From the IMG/VR virus record IMGVR_UViG_3300042197_003184, positions 75,965 to 139,964 of that record: a stretch of DNA of 64,000 nucleotides. One strand, given 5' to 3'. The stretch is from a virus. Under the pieces are notes generated by a model. The model saw only the letters and a list, made by a program, of their open reading frames with translations, did not search any database and was not told where the DNA came from. The translations under genes were made by a program, and so were the position numbers. Shown here piece by piece: positions 39,926 to 50,271 of the stretch (positions within the stretch are counted from its first letter, which is position 1; every line of letters begins with the position of its first letter).

Positions 39926-42900
39926 TTAATTTGAATCTAAATGTAATAGTAATCTTGTTTTGTTATATGTGTTGTCTTCTCTAAGAACCGTTAGTGTCGG
40001 AGAAACCGTTGAAACATAACTTCCTGTACCAGCTATATTAATCGCTGCTACCCTGAAAGAGTAGCTAGTACCAACAGTTAATCCGTCAACCACAATAGAT
40101 GTACTTATACTAGGACTATGAATATAGTCTGTCCATGTGCTTCCATTATCTGATGAATATTGTACGGAATAGTCTTTGATAGCCGAATTATTAGCTGTTG
40201 GAGCTGTCCAACTTAAATAAGCTCTATCGCTGTCTGGTATAACATTAAGGTTTGTTGGTGCTCCTAAAGTACTGATAGCGCTAGTGGTTGAAGAACTATA
40301 ATTACTAGCTCCTATAGCATTAACTGATCGTGCTCTAAAAGTATATGGAGTACCAATTGTGGATAGTCCGGTTATTCTATTAGCAGGGGCCTGTGGTAGT
40401 GATCTTGGGTCAAAATTACTTGTATATCTTGCTACCCCTTTAGTGATTCGTATATCGTTCATGTGTCCATAAAAATATTCATTTCCAGCAGGCCAGCCAC
40501 CAACATACACCTTACGATTAGTATTATAGACAGTATCTGCAACAAAATTTAATACCGAAATACCATTAAGATACAGAGTTATGATTCTGCCACTACGCAC
40601 AACAGCAACATGATTCCAAACATTAGCATACGGTACGGCACTGCTTTCTTGTTGACCGCCAGTTACGGCGGTATAAAAAGATAGCACACCAGTACTCTGT
40701 CTCAAATATAGCTGCCAGTCTCCGTCCGTGCCTTCGCTTCCACCATTACCTCGTTTACTTATGACGGTATTGTATTTACTCCAATCTCCTGTTGGCCTTA
40801 TCCAACCCTCTATAGTCCAGTCTTGATTACGCAAATCAAAAGCCGAGTTATTTTCTATTACTAAATTATCATTAGATCCATCAAATACTACGCTACCATT
40901 ACTAAACCACCCTTGAGATGTAGTAATTTTTGTATCTCCAACAATACTAACATTATGATTGTGTTTTGAATCATCAATAATATCAAAAGAGTTATTGGTT
41001 CCCGTCATTGGTAACAATAATGATACCTTGTCATAATAAGGATCAGAAACTACTGACAAGTTATTCCATGTTGATCCGTCTTCCGAATACTGAAAATTAT
41101 AAGCCGTTATAGGAGAACGACCATCGTTTGTTGGTGGAGTCAAGGACACTTTAAAGATATTGTCTCTTTCGGTAACAGCTAATCCGCTAGGAGATGATGG
41201 TGCTGTTGGGGCAGGACCAAGGTTTGGTGCGGGGGCTGCTGGTTTTGTAAAGCTTGAGGTGTATCTTGATATTCCTTTGGTTATTCTAAGGTCGTCAATA
41301 TATCCTTTATAATTATCTGTTATAGAGTTACTAGATGATCGACTAGCTCCTACTGTTAGACCGTTGGAGTTGATTCTGTTTATGTTATCTGTAAATGGTC
41401 CTTGGTTTGGAAATGAACTGCTGGGTGGAGTAAAATTAGAAGTATAGCGAGCTATACCTTTAGTGATACGAATCTCATCAATAAAGCCACCACCCCACGA
41501 CGGATAACCAGAACTTCGTCGTCCTGCAACATCTCCAATCCACAAAGCCTGACCATTCAAATTAGCATTGCCAATATCAGCTGGGGTTCCGGCCACGCCA
41601 TTAACCCATATGGTTGCGATACTACCGCTTCTGGTCATAGCAATATGAGTCCATTGACCAACAGCCAAGCCAGTAGAATGAGAAGCGTAACTTGCTGTGA
41701 CAGCGAAATATGTGGACATACCATTCGTACCTCCTGCCAAAACCCAAGGACTGCCCACTGCCGAAGAACGAAAATCCATAATGTTTCTAGAATCGAACCC
41801 AACATCAAGATAAATCCATGCCTCTATCGTAAAATCGCTCGTTCCTAGTTGTAGATCCGAGTCGCTGGCAACAGAGATAGCTCCGTCTGTACCAAGGCTT
41901 AGACTAGTTGCTCCAAACTTGCTTTGTGCTGTCGAAAGTTTAGCAGTTCCATGGACAGAGATGGCTCTTGTGTCAAGACTGGAGTCTGTTAAAGAAATAG
42001 CTTCATCGACCCCATCCATATGCAACAATAACGACACATTACTATAGTATGGGTCTACTGCGGATGTTCCTAGTTCGTTGCCGTCTAAGAATAGCTTCAA
42101 ACTATCGCTAGAACGACTGGCGGCTAAATGATACCATGTTCCAGAAGCTAATGGAGGAGATACTTCTTTTTCTACTATTGTAGTATTGCCATTTCGGAAT
42201 TGTACGATAGAAGAATTTACTGTGCAGCCCAGTATCTCTTTACGTGTGTACGAGAAAGCTCCTCCACCACCACTTTGCCAGCTCGTAAACTTAATTGCCC
42301 AATATCTATTGGTGGGTACATGCTTCATTATGAGTTCTTTACCAACCATCTCTGGAGTAGAATAACAGCTTCTTACAATGCCATAGTCTCTCCAATTACC
42401 ATATGTTCGTGTGGTGTAATTACAAATATTGGTCCAGTTATTAGCATCTTCAACGCAACAATTATAATTATCTGATTGATATTGTCTACATCTATTCCAA
42501 ACAGTATTAGCAGGAGAAGAACTCTGACTATAACCACCTTCTATAGCACTATTATATATACCTTGCCCATCTCCTCGTGTAATTTCCAAAACGCCAGGAA
42601 TAATCACATCCACTTCATTACCATAGTTTGTTGCAGTAAAGGAGACCTCTGGTCCGTAATTGACCGTGCCACCAGTAGACGGCGAGCCTACTGCTAATCT
42701 CCAACCCCCATCAGCTCCATCATAATTACCAACAATAGCTTTGGTGCCATTCATATCATCTGGATTGATCCAAGCTTCTACGGTAAAGTCATCTGTACCT
42801 AATTGCCAAGCCTTATCTCCTGGAACGCTCAGATAAGAATTGCCGTCGAAATATGCGCTAGTTCCACCAAATTTACTTTGTGCCGAACTAATAACAACAG

Positions 42901-43483
42901 GACCTTTGTTTCCTACTGGTTTATCAAAACGTGAGCCGTCATCAAACGAAGAAATTGTTGCAGGATCGAGGGGGTTGGGTACAAAATTAGCAGTGTATCT
43001 TGCAACACCCTTACTAATGCGCAATCCGTCTATCCACCCATCAATAGGATAAGATCCTGTATCTCCGTTACCTATGGCTAAATTTCTAGAACTGTCATTA
43101 ACTAATGAGGAGCTGTTGTTCCATGATGATGTAAGAGATCCGTTTACAAATGTTCGAAAAGTTGAACCTGATCTTGTAACAGCAACGTGGTACCATGTAT
43201 TCAGAGTTATGCTAGGCGCAACAGTTTGATTATTAGCAATGTCCCAGCTTGATCCGTTGCTAGAAGCATAAAATGCTATTCTAGAATCTCCTGTGGCATA
43301 TATTAAAAAAGCACCAGTATGAGAAGGCCAGCCTTTGGTTACTATACCTCTGTCATTAAGCCAGCTATTAAACTTTACCCAACACTCTATAGTAAAATCC
43401 CCTGAGCCAAAGTTAAAGTCTTCGCTATGAGGAACTCTTAAAGATGAACTATTAGATACTCTAAGACTACTAGGTAATGGCAT
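39926..43483 (-). CDS. Fibre protein C: nested LamG and FN3 domains
   Basis: Starts and ends inside LamG domains; GDFT.E.W and D..RITKG.ARY motifs recur. Confidence 0.8.
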   Translation of the reverse strand: MPLPSSLRVSNSSSLRVPHSEDFNFGSGDFTIECWVKFNSWLNDRGIVTKGWPSHTGAFLIYATGDSRIAFYASSNGSSWDIANNQTVAPSITLNTWYHVAVTRSGSTFRTFVNGSLTSSWNNSSSLVNDSSRNLAIGNGDTGSYPIDGWIDGLRISKGVARYTANFVPNPLDPATISSFDDGSRFDKPVGNKGPVVISSAQSKFGGTSAYFDGNSYLSVPGDKAWQLGTDDFTVEAWINPDDMNGTKAIVGNYDGADGGWRLAVGSPSTGGTVNYGPEVSFTATNYGNEVDVIIPGVLEITRGDGQGIYNSAIEGGYSQSSSPANTVWNRCRQYQSDNYNCCVEDANNWTNICNYTTRTYGNWRDYGIVRSCYSTPEMVGKELIMKHVPTNRYWAIKFTSWQSGGGGAFSYTRKEILGCTVNSSIVQFRNGNTTIVEKEVSPPLASGTWYHLAASRSSDSLKLFLDGNELGTSAVDPYYSNVSLLLHMDGVDEAISLTDSSLDTRAISVHGTAKLSTAQSKFGATSLSLGTDGAISVASDSDLQLGTSDFTIEAWIYLDVGFDSRNIMDFRSSAVGSPWVLAGGTNGMSTYFAVTASYASHSTGLAVGQWTHIAMTRSGSIATIWVNGVAGTPADIGNANLNGQALWIGDVAGRRSSGYPSWGGGFIDEIRITKGIARYTSNFTPPSSSFPNQGPFTDNINRINSNGLTVGASRSSSNSITDNYKGYIDDLRITKGISRYTSSFTKPAAPAPNLGPAPTAPSSPSGLAVTERDNIFKVSLTPPTNDGRSPITAYNFQYSEDGSTWNNLSVVSDPYYDKVSLLLPMTGTNNSFDIIDDSKHNHNVSIVGDTKITTSQGWFSNGSVVFDGSNDNLVIENNSAFDLRNQDWTIEGWIRPTGDWSKYNTVISKRGNGGSEGTDGDWQLYLRQSTGVLSFYTAVTGGQQESSAVPYANVWNHVAVVRSGRIITLYLNGISVLNFVADTVYNTNRKVYVGGWPAGNEYFYGHMNDIRITKGVARYTSNFDPRSLPQAPANRITGLSTIGTPYTFRARSVNAIGASNYSSSTTSAISTLGAPTNLNVIPDSDRAYLSWTAPTANNSAIKDYSVQYSSDNGSTWTDYIHSPSISTSIVVDGLTVGTSYSFRVAAINIAGTGSYVSTVSPTLTVLREDNTYNKTRLLLHLDSN

Positions 43484-43495
43484 TATAATCTTTCC

Positions 43496-43858
43496 TTATG
43501 TTGTTAGTTCTACCCAATTTTGAGACTCTTCATCCCACTTGTAAACCTTGCCGTCTGTTGGGTGGTCTACTGGGGCTTTCCATCGACAACTGTTAGTATC
43601 CAAAGTCCATGAAGCAAAAGGCTGGGGAGCAACAAAAGCATCCAAACCCTCATTATAACTATACCCTATACCAGCATAATTTTTCCTAATTTTGCCGTTG
43701 TACGATGTTTGTTTCCATCTATTATGACCAAATAAAGAGGCTAAGAAATTTACTCCTTTGCTCTCACTTTCTTCTCCATTATCAATTAATTCATTATTGT
43801 TAACAACAATCACTTGAGTTACAATATTATTGTCATCTAATTCAGCAAAATGGGCCAT
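43496..43858 (-). CDS. Small fibre-associated protein (MAHFA-type companion/chaperone)
   Basis: MAHFAELD.NN.V..V.VV...WKQTSYN...RKNYAGIG; follows a Gly-rich fibre gene; RBS AAGGAG. Confidence 0.65.
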   Translation of the reverse strand: MAHFAELDDNNIVTQVIVVNNNELIDNGEESESKGVNFLASLFGHNRWKQTSYNGKIRKNYAGIGYSYNEGLDAFVAPQPFASWTLDTNSCRWKAPVDHPTDGKVYKWDEESQNWVELTT

Positions 43859-43871
43859 TTTATTCTCCTTC

Positions 43872-46800
43872 TTAGAATGTTATAGAACCTGTTCCTGTGA
43901 AAATATAAAGTTTACCACCGTCACTGTTAGAATCAGGGAATTGGGAATCCGGTACGCTTATAGAGGATCCTGTATAATTCCTGCCACTGCCGATAGTAAA
44001 TCTTACATCATCTATATAGTAGTTGGGTGATGACCAGCCATAACCAGTAAAATCAAAATTTGCTCCTATAAACCCATACGGTAAACTAGCTAGATTATAG
44101 TTGTTGTTATCTGTGGTACTATCCACTAGTATTCCGTCCACATAGGTTCTAGTAGTACCAGATGTGCGAGCAATAGCAATATAAACCCATTGAGATAAAG
44201 GCAGGGTAGCGATCCATTGTCTACCATTAGATGGTAAATTTAAAGATAGTCTTCTGCTCTGATCTATTTCTACATTAAATCCTGTGACACCCGGATATCG
44301 AAAATCGAAAAGAGCACTATTATCAGATTGAGACCCAGCAATAAATACCCAGCTTTCCAGTGTGAAATCTTGAGTTCCTATGTTAGACATAGAGCCTATT
44401 CTTAAATAAGATCCATTACCTAATAATGCTGCGCTTTTACCTCCCCATTTAGATTGAGTCGATGACTGTGTAGCAGAACCGAATGCCGTAATAGTCTTTG
44501 GATTTGGTGAGACATCTGTAAATACTGATGCATTGTCGTTCATATGTAATAATATTGATACATCTTTAAAATAAAGATCACTAGCTGGACTAATAATAGG
44601 GGATCCGGTTGTTGATGTTGCTGCTACAGAAGATTTGATTACTACTACGCCAGAGGCACCTGAGCCAGCAGCGTTGTTGCCGGAACCTCCAGCGCCTCCA
44701 CCTCCGCCGGTATTTGCGACGGCTGCTGTTCCGGTACTTCCGGCTCCTCCTGTGCCGCCACCCCCACTACCGCCAGAACCAGCCGTTGCGCTGCCGGTAT
44801 TGGTACCTCCACCACCACCACCTGCGTATGTTGTTCCGTACCACGACCTACCATTGCCTCCAGAACCACCTACAGAGCTGGTTCCATTGCTGCCAGCCGT
44901 CTCTGCCCCGCCACCGCCACCTCCTCCATATGCTGGGGAATTATAGTTTGACGATCCCCCGTTATTTCCGTATCCTATAAATGGTCCGGAACTGGTTTGT
45001 GTAGCGGTGCCGCCAACAGATCCTTCGTTATTTGATCCTCCGCCAGAACCTCCGTTTTTGCCGTTGGCATTAGGAGAACATCCGCCACCACCACCACCAT
45101 TCGCCGTATGACCAGCAAACGTAGAATCAGATCCGGTATTGCCAGCATTGCTGGATACTGCTGTTCCACCAGCACCAACAGAAACAATGTAGGTTTCTCC
45201 CACAGTAAGAGATAAAGCAGTAGCTTCTAACAAACCTCCAGCGCCGCCGCCACCGCCTCCACCATTACCAGAACCGCCAGCGCCGCCTCCTGCCACAACT
45301 AAGGCTTCAACAGAAACGTCTGGAATTGGTAGAGTTACTGACTTAGCTTTCCAACCTCCTTGGCCATTACTATTAATGGCCGCCACTCTAAAATAGTAGT
45401 TTCCATCAGCTAGTCCAGAAATTGTAACACTATTGGTGCTAGATGTTCCGTCGTTTACGGTAGTCCAATTAGATTCGTTTTCTGTACGGTATTGAATCAC
45501 ATAATCAGTAGCTCCGTCTATAGAGTCCCATGATAGGGTCGCCTCTCCTGGAGTGCTAGAGCTGGCAGTTATATTGGTTGGAGGAGTAGGGGGAGATGCT
45601 GATGGAAAAGTTATGGATCCAGTACCAGTAAACATATAAATATTGTATAAACCATCAGCTGATACTGTTGGGCTTCCTGTTGTTGAAGTTGCGGTGGCTT
45701 TTGTTCTTAGAATAACAGCACCAGAACCTCCAGTTCCTCCATAGTTATTAGAATTGTAATGAGAGCCTCCACCACCACCTCCTCCAGTATTAGCTCCACC
45801 ATTTCCACCAGGAGTATTAGTTTGAGAATTTGTACTACCTCCACCTCCAGATGCTCCATTATTTATGCCAGCTCCACCAACCGTTGTACCAACAGCCCCG
45901 CCACCTCCACCACCAATACCTCCGTCTCCTCCGGTAGTAGTATAACCAGAACCACCGCCGCCACCTGCCCAGTAATAAAGAGTTCCTAATATTCTGCTAA
46001 GTACTCCAGGACCGCCGTGGCCTCTTACGCTACCATTTCCAATACCAGCACCTCCGGCTCCACCACCGCCACCAGGATACCAGTGTGGTCCGCTGCCAGC
46101 ACCATCATATCCTTGTTTGGCAGTACCGCTTCCAGGCAAGCCACCATAACTACTACCGTTTTGACGACCACCTGATCCACCACCACCACAACCTCCACTA
46201 TTTGCATTCCATCCGTTACCGTTATGTTGACTAGCCCCGTAACCTCCGCCTAGTGCTGTAACCAGAGCGTTGCCTATTACGGAAATAATACTGTTACCTC
46301 CATTGGTGCCTGACCCACCACTACCAGCAGGTGCTCCAGACCCACCAGCACCCACAACCACATTCAGAGTACTAACATTTGCTAAATACATAGGAGATTC
46401 TGCTGTTGATCCTCCGCCAGAAGTTGCTCCCTCAACGTTGGTGATCAAACCACCGGCACCACCGCCACCACCCATATCGTTACCTCCGCCTCCTCCACCA
46501 GCGACCACTAGATATTCAACAGAAATTCCTGTTAATGGCAGAGCTAGATCTATAGAAGTCCAAGAACTTTGTAGATCTCCATTGGTACCAGCTATTCTAA
46601 AAGTATATGTTCCATTGGGTAAATTATTGATAGTGGTACTATTATTAGATGATACTCCGTCATTAACGGTTGTCCAAACTATTCCTCCGTCTGTGCTGTA
46701 CTGAATAATATAGTCTGATGCTCCTGGAGGTAGTGTGGGTGCTGTCCAAGACAGCGTTAACGACCCACTTTGTGGTTGAGATGGTACAATATTAGTTGGT

Positions 46801-47801
46801 GCAGGTAGCGGGCCTGAGTACGTTGATGTTGAGGGGCCGTTAATGGCATAAATAGTTTTGGGGTTAGGAGACAAATCTCTAAAAGGATTAGAAGGATTAG
46901 GATATGCCGAAGTGGGTAATGTAATATTACGAGCAACACCGTTGGTGAATCTGAATTCATCTATCTGACCATCAAAACCACCAACACTAGCCACCCTACC
47001 AACACTAAATCCATTCTGATTAAAATTAGTAGAAGAGAAAATAGTACTATTACTTACTGTTTGTTCTACTCCATCAATAAATATTTTTATAGTACCGCTT
47101 TGTCTAAGTATGGCTAAGTGATACCACGTATTTGTTGAAGCAGACCACGGGGAGGTGCAATAATTACTCGTGGCGTGTTGTCCAACCATCAGATTACCAG
47201 AACTATACTGAATATACCATTTGCCACCATCTGCACCATTAGGGTCTGATGTTGGATTACAAATAGGGTTTGCACTATTGATAGATCTAAACTTAACAAA
47301 TAACTCAACAGTAAAATCTCCTGTCCCAACACTAAAATCATTAGACGAATCAAAAGTTAGATAATTAGACCCATTAAAAGATAAAGAGCCTGTGCCAAAT
47401 CTACTGTCGGATATTGTTTGAACTGGTACGGCCCCGTTAGTATAAACATTTTTGTTACCAAGAGAAGAGTCTGTTAAAGCTATACCATCGCCATGTAATA
47501 ACAATTTTGTTTCTAAAGAATAGGGATCATCATTAGGACCGTATTGAGTTGTTCCCAGGATAAAAGCATCATTGCCATAATATGAGTCTCCATTAATTAC
47601 CTCATCCATATTTAGCAATAATTCTACATTATGATAATTGTCGTCTATAGCAAATAAAGACGGCGTTGCTAATACATAGTCTGTAAATGGGCCAACGCCT
47701 ATAGAATTTACTGCTGCTACTCTAACTCGATAAGTAACATCGTTAGTTAAGCCGGTAATAGTGTAACTTCTATTAGCACTATTGGTATTAATAGTTGGCA
47801 T
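43872..47801 (-). CDS. Fibre protein B: FN3 C-half, nested LamG, two FN3, two Gly-rich domains
   Basis: Starts YTITGLTNDVTYRVRVAAVN; V(E/D).LVVAGGG...FTGTGSITF domains; one LamG inserted inside the last Gly-rich domain. Confidence 0.8.
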   Translation of the reverse strand: MPTINTNSANRSYTITGLTNDVTYRVRVAAVNSIGVGPFTDYVLATPSLFAIDDNYHNVELLLNMDEVINGDSYYGNDAFILGTTQYGPNDDPYSLETKLLLHGDGIALTDSSLGNKNVYTNGAVPVQTISDSRFGTGSLSFNGSNYLTFDSSNDFSVGTGDFTVELFVKFRSINSANPICNPTSDPNGADGGKWYIQYSSGNLMVGQHATSNYCTSPWSASTNTWYHLAILRQSGTIKIFIDGVEQTVSNSTIFSSTNFNQNGFSVGRVASVGGFDGQIDEFRFTNGVARNITLPTSAYPNPSNPFRDLSPNPKTIYAINGPSTSTYSGPLPAPTNIVPSQPQSGSLTLSWTAPTLPPGASDYIIQYSTDGGIVWTTVNDGVSSNNSTTINNLPNGTYTFRIAGTNGDLQSSWTSIDLALPLTGISVEYLVVAGGGGGGNDMGGGGGAGGLITNVEGATSGGGSTAESPMYLANVSTLNVVVGAGGSGAPAGSGGSGTNGGNSIISVIGNALVTALGGGYGASQHNGNGWNANSGGCGGGGSGGRQNGSSYGGLPGSGTAKQGYDGAGSGPHWYPGGGGGAGGAGIGNGSVRGHGGPGVLSRILGTLYYWAGGGGGSGYTTTGGDGGIGGGGGGAVGTTVGGAGINNGASGGGGSTNSQTNTPGGNGGANTGGGGGGGSHYNSNNYGGTGGSGAVILRTKATATSTTGSPTVSADGLYNIYMFTGTGSITFPSASPPTPPTNITASSSTPGEATLSWDSIDGATDYVIQYRTENESNWTTVNDGTSSTNSVTISGLADGNYYFRVAAINSNGQGGWKAKSVTLPIPDVSVEALVVAGGGAGGSGNGGGGGGGAGGLLEATALSLTVGETYIVSVGAGGTAVSSNAGNTGSDSTFAGHTANGGGGGGCSPNANGKNGGSGGGSNNEGSVGGTATQTSSGPFIGYGNNGGSSNYNSPAYGGGGGGGAETAGSNGTSSVGGSGGNGRSWYGTTYAGGGGGGTNTGSATAGSGGSGGGGTGGAGSTGTAAVANTGGGGGAGGSGNNAAGSGASGVVVIKSSVAATSTTGSPIISPASDLYFKDVSILLHMNDNASVFTDVSPNPKTITAFGSATQSSTQSKWGGKSAALLGNGSYLRIGSMSNIGTQDFTLESWVFIAGSQSDNSALFDFRYPGVTGFNVEIDQSRRLSLNLPSNGRQWIATLPLSQWVYIAIARTSGTTRTYVDGILVDSTTDNNNYNLASLPYGFIGANFDFTGYGWSSPNYYIDDVRFTIGSGRNYTGSSISVPDSQFPDSNSDGGKLYIFTGTGSITF

Positions 47802-47856
47802 ATTTATCCTAAAAAGAAAGCGTATGACTAAACTTAGTTATTTATGCATACACCTT

Positions 47857-48714
47857 TTATGATATTAACTGCGGAGTTTGTGGAATTCTAGTAGTAATTT
47901 GACCATAATCAATATAGCTTTTTTCTGCTAATCCACTAGATCGGTGTCCTAGGTGAAATTTAGCCATACCCGGCTGGTTTATTTCTATATGGGTAGCTCC
48001 GCTACGTCTTAAGAATTTACTGGAGCCTTTTATATTGCAGAATTTAAGAAAATCATACATAATAATTTGAGCCCTTCTTTTACCACACAACCATCCTAAT
48101 ATTCTATTGTCGTCAGAAGATTTGTATGATAATAATTCATTAATACTATCTACGCAAGCGGAGCTTAAGACCTTAGTCATAGGATCGCCAGTTTTGCTCA
48201 TGGTCCAGCGTAATATGTTGTTATCAATATGGTCTATTGTAAAAGTTAATAAGTCTCCAAAACGAGCACCACTTTCATAACCTAATAATAACCATGCTCT
48301 AATAAAACATCCTAATGGAACTCCTTTTTTACTAATTTTATCAAATTCATAACTTTTATCTATCAACATTTTACACTCATCAATCGTCCAAGCTTTTGTT
48401 GGGGCTTTTCTAGCTTTAATAGACACAATATTTTTGGGAGCAAATTTTACCAAATTATTTTCATAAGCATAATTCCATAAGGTTAACAAAATGGTACGCT
48501 CTGATTTAACAGTAATAGAACTAGCTTTAGTTAGACGATCTTTTAAATAGTTATTAACAACATCTTTTAAGATATATTTACATCTTTTAGCAATTCTATA
48601 AACATTGCTCTCATATTCTTTAGACACTATATGATTATTCATATAATGCTTAACAATACTAACAAAAGTTACATTCTTAGTTTTAGTCTTGGTCTTGGTC
48701 CTGGTCTTAGTCAT
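47857..48714 (-). CDS. Tyrosine recombinase/integrase
   Basis: Catalytic set: R (GARFGDL), K (MSKTG), K-F-L-R in place of HxxR, H (LGH), Y (KSYID); perfect SD AAGGAGG. Confidence 0.85.
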   Translation of the reverse strand: MTKTRTKTKTKTKNVTFVSIVKHYMNNHIVSKEYESNVYRIAKRCKYILKDVVNNYLKDRLTKASSITVKSERTILLTLWNYAYENNLVKFAPKNIVSIKARKAPTKAWTIDECKMLIDKSYEFDKISKKGVPLGCFIRAWLLLGYESGARFGDLLTFTIDHIDNNILRWTMSKTGDPMTKVLSSACVDSINELLSYKSSDDNRILGWLCGKRRAQIIMYDFLKFCNIKGSSKFLRRSGATHIEINQPGMAKFHLGHRSSGLAEKSYIDYGQITTRIPQTPQLIS

Positions 48715-48722
48715 ATTAATAT

Positions 48723-48784
48723 CCTCCTTAGAGGTATTATAAGACTTTGTAACGAATAGTCAGCAACGCTTTTATTATTCGTTA
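48723..48784 (-). promoter_or_regulatory. Recombinase leader: SD, -10 box and 9-bp inverted repeat
   Basis: AAGGAGG 48723-48729; TATAAT 48736-48741; taacgaata 48750-48758 and tattcgtta 48776-48784. Confidence 0.5.
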
Positions 48785-48802
48785 TCTTTGTCGTATAGCG
48801 CA

Positions 48803-49813
48803 CTAGGCGCCAGGGAACGCTTCCGTGGGCGGCGTGAACGTCGTGCCGTTGGGATAGCGACACGCGGCAGTGAGTCGCACATCGTCAAAGCTATGGGTCT
48901 GCCACAGAACCAGATTGGACATCGCAATATTTGTGAACTCACCAGAGTGTATCTGCTGACCGTTGTAATACCACCTGCCGGTGCTGCCCTGTCGCACGAA
49001 CGCAAAGTGATACCACTGTCCGTTCGTTGCGGCGGAGGTGGACACGTATCCGCCATCAAAGTTTTCCACTTGGAAACCACTGGTCGTTACTTGTAACTCA
49101 AGAAACAGCCCGGAGCCTATATTGCCCAGCAAAACCGCCCTGTTGCCGACGCCGCCGTTGAATTTTTTGACCCAGAACTCCAACGTGAAATCTGTGGACG
49201 CCGGAGCCGTGACTCCGTAGGTAAGTTGAGTGTTTGAAGAGAGAGTTGCCGCATTTCCAAATTTACCTGCGGCATACGAGATATTGCTGTAACCCAGATT
49301 GGTATATGACGGCAGGCGACTGTCTGGCCCAATGTCGTTCGGAGTATTGTCAAATGGAACGAGCAGCAGAACGTCTCCCCACAGAGGGTCGCCGGGCGAA
49401 ACGGTCAGCGTGGCGCTGCTGCTCGTCACGCTCTCGGCACCACCCGTTGCGCTGACCACCACTCGGTACACATCGCCGTCGTCATCGGCGTGCGTCAGGC
49501 CGGACAGCGCGAGAGTGCTACTTGTCGCGCCGCCCACGTTAGTGAACGAACCAGAACCGCTTTCTTGCTTCTGCCACTGGTAAGACAGGGTGGCATTTTG
49601 CGTGACCGTCGCCGAAACGCTAAACGCGGCACTGCCGCTAGAGGCTGTTTGATTGCCGGGCTGGCTGGTGATGGTGATAGCCGGTGCCACTGGCCACGCT
49701 GCCGCCCGTTTCTGCCGCTCGGCCGTCCGCAAGTCCCAGATGCCGCTGGCGACACTCGTCGTCGGCCCATCCGGTCGCGGCCCGATGTACGAACCGTTCG
49801 CTCGCAGACTCAT
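48803..49813 (-). CDS. High-GC Ig-like + LamG fibre protein
   Basis: N-terminal G.YIG...ASGIW.L...WP motif, YQWQ Ig, DFTLEFW and FDDVRLT LamG motifs. Confidence 0.78.
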   Translation of the reverse strand: MSLRANGSYIGPRPDGPTTSVASGIWDLRTAERQKRAAAWPVAPAITITSQPGNQTASSGSAAFSVSATVTQNATLSYQWQKQESGSGSFTNVGGATSSTLALSGLTHADDDGDVYRVVVSATGGAESVTSSSATLTVSPGDPLWGDVLLLVPFDNTPNDIGPDSRLPSYTNLGYSNISYAAGKFGNAATLSSNTQLTYGVTAPASTDFTLEFWVKKFNGGVGNRAVLLGNIGSGLFLELQVTTSGFQVENFDGGYVSTSAATNGQWYHFAFVRQGSTGRWYYNGQQIHSGEFTNIAMSNLVLWQTHSFDDVRLTAACRYPNGTTFTPPTEAFPGA

Positions 49814-50271
49814 TCCGCACCTCCCGCGCTCAACGCCGCCCGAGCCGCACCATACGCGAGCATCAGCGGCTCAAACTCCGCGAACGTCATGGTGTGCCGC
49901 TCGCCCGCCATGTCGGTGACGATGACCGGCTGCGACACGCCCAACTCGGCCGCCCGAGCCGCCAGCACATAGAGGCCGGTGAGCAACGCCACGTCGTCAG
50001 GCTGCCACGCGAGCCGCCAGCCGCCTGGCGTCTCCCAGCCTGCCTCAAACGGCGACGGCTCCGGTGGTGGAGGCGGTGGGGGAAACAGGGCGTCTAGGTC
50101 GTCCTGCGTCAGCGTGGACGCGGCCCAGCCGGTCGCCTCCAGCACTGCGGCATCCAGCGACCACTGCGCCGGGTCGGTGCGGGTGCTGCCATCAGGCATC
50201 CGCACCCGGAAGGGCAAGGCCAGGGCGGCTACGCCGTTACGTCGCCAGCAGGGATCGCCGAGAGCAGGCAT
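49810..50271 (-). CDS. High-GC putative fibre assembly/chaperone protein
   Basis: 153 aa; ATGA-coupled to 48803-49813; high-GC codon usage. Confidence 0.6.
   Translation of the reverse strand: MPALGDPCWRRNGVAALALPFRVRMPDGSTRTDPAQWSLDAAVLEATGWAASTLTQDDLDALFPPPPPPPEPSPFEAGWETPGGWRLAWQPDDVALLTGLYVLAARAAELGVSQPVIVTDMAGERHTMTFAEFEPLMLAYGAARAALSAGGAE

Noticed and set aside
39905-39935. Stop-codon readthrough or recoding joining genes C and D
   Set aside because: They are in frame but separated by TAA TAG; other junctions are out of frame and conserved genes read normally in code 11
32395-47801. Calling genes B-F pseudogene fragments
   Set aside because: Long intact frames, plausible start signals, and every orphan half has a matching partner in nested order
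48677-48712. Phase-variable 6-bp repeat at the recombinase start (TKTRTKTKTKTK)
   Set aside because: Unit is a multiple of 3 and imperfect, so slippage would not switch frame
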